Assembly: GCF_000143415.4 (NCBI RefSeq)
Contig: NW_003314333.1
Span: 372,001-436,000, forward strand
DNA length: 64,000 nt
Source: Selaginella moellendorffii
Taxonomy: Eukaryota; Plantae; Lycopodiophyta
Reading direction: 5' to 3'
Under the pieces are notes generated by a model. That model was given only the letters and a program-made list of their open reading frames with translations, made no database searches and was not told the origin of the DNA. Below, in pieces: positions 62,665-64,000 of the stretch. The first letter of the stretch is position 1. Each line of letters opens with the position of its first letter. The position numbers and the translations under genes were made by a program.

Positions 62665-63886
62665 CTCCCAGCAATCCGCCTCTATCCTTTGCTAGAACTG
62701 AGGAAGAGGCTCCGATACCAAATTGTAAGCCACAAATTTTTCCTTTCCAATTTGCTAGCTTACCTCGTCTATCCGACCAACTCTGCCTTGGCTTGTGCTA
62801 AGTTCCCTCGCCAAGGTTCCCGCTTATGGTACTAGCTCCTACTTGGTCCTACTTGGTTTCAACTACTCACTGCACGAGCAACGGAGGGTTAGCCATCCAT
62901 CTACGGATTCCCAAATCTCTCCCAATCCCCCTCCCCGGGTTAGACTGGACTTAAGGTTTTGCTACACTCCCCGCAGGCACAAGCAGCCAAGCACACCAAG
63001 CCTCCAAATTCCTAACACCCCTTGGTACCACGAGACTTGATCATGGGACCCTCTAAATCCCAAGTCTTGGGTGCAGCACTTGCTTCGGGATGTCAGGGCA
63101 AAACACGCGTGGCCTAACGCCCTGGTATGGGTACTTTTACCCCCCCATTTCCTTCCGGAAGGGAAGGCCCAAGCCCCTAGGAAGGGGGGGGCCCAATGAC
63201 CCCCAAGGTTTTCAAGGGGGGCCCCCCTCCCCATGACCCGGGAGCCCCCCATTGGTTTTCCTTTTGGGGAGGGGGAGCTGTTTTTGAGCCTTTCCCGGGG
63301 GGGCCCCTCGGGCCCCCTTAAAGCCCATGTTCATTTCCCCCCAAGGCCCTTGGGCCCCGTTTTAAACCTAAAGTCATTTTGGAACCCCCCCTGGAGAGTT
63401 CCTTAAAGACGGGTTCCGGGCCCCCACTATCCCTAATATATTTTGGGAACCCCCTGCAGCCCCCCCCCCCCCCTGGGAGACGCATGCTTTGGGCTTTCAC
63501 CCCTTGACCCGTATTAGTATTTGGACTTAGTCTCTGGCTCGATCTCGGACCTGATTTCGGATCTGACTTCGGATTCGGTCTCGGACTCGATCTCGGACTC
63601 GATCTCAGACCCGATCTCGGACCCGACCTCGGACTCGACTTCGGACTCGGTCTCGGACCCGATTTCGGATCTCGGACTCCGTCTCGAACTTGGTCTCGAA
63701 CTCGGACTCGAACTCGGTCCCCGAGTCGGTCTCAGACTCAATTCTGGACTCTATCTCGAACTCGGTCCTAGAGTCGGTCTTGGACTCGATCTTCGACTTG
63801 GTCCCATCCGATGAACTCTTTGTCATTTTGGTCATGCTTTTGGGGTTCCTTTAGCCTACGACACCTCGACGAGTTGGTTCCTTACA
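61406..63886 (-). mobile_element. Family A copy 2: 5' LTR (62724-63886), PBS (62709-62720) and gag, truncated before the protease
   Basis: Homologous to 2971-5437; TGGTATCGGAGC PBS. Confidence 0.92.
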
Positions 63887-64000
63887 GCTGTATGTTTTGG
63901 TGTAGTCTAGCCCATGAACTTCAGAGAAACCATGAGCTACAAAATGTGCTTTATAACATTCCACTGTGCCATTAGCTCTGTACTTGCATTTAAATTGCCA

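Noticed and set aside
63120-63475. Locally hyperdiverged LTR segment and poly-G/C-associated deletion (also 3380-3710)
   Set aside because: Changes mostly extend homopolymers next to long G/C runs, typical of low-quality sequence reads; probably an artefact

Overview
Eukaryotic, transposon-dense plant-type DNA. The ~50-nt introns, tRNA-iMet PBS sites, TTTAGGG repeats and Crinkler-type gene suggest a non-seed plant such as a lycophyte (inference). Contents: (i) a Ty3/Gypsy chromovirus (family A, 2971-10463) whose integrase is interrupted by two short GT-AG introns, nested in a related non-coding LTR element (family B), with second copies of B (47688-55095, TSD TTTAG) and A (61406-63886, truncated); (ii) a 24.2-kb DNA transposon (15600-39814, TSD GGTTTGTG) inserted in an old Gypsy RNase H, carrying a Mutator-type and a Sola-like transposase, each head-to-head with a ParB-like gene, plus N4/N6-methyltransferase-like and FCP1/NIF phosphatase-like cargo; (iii) a third decayed ParB + methyltransferase gene split by the B insertion; (iv) an intact intronless P-loop NTPase + nuclease gene of Crinkler/RHS type. 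Each ParB-like gene is associated with its own palindrome array. Most TE ORFs carry C-to-T nonsense changes. Protein family assignments come from motifs recognised by eye, not from database searches.
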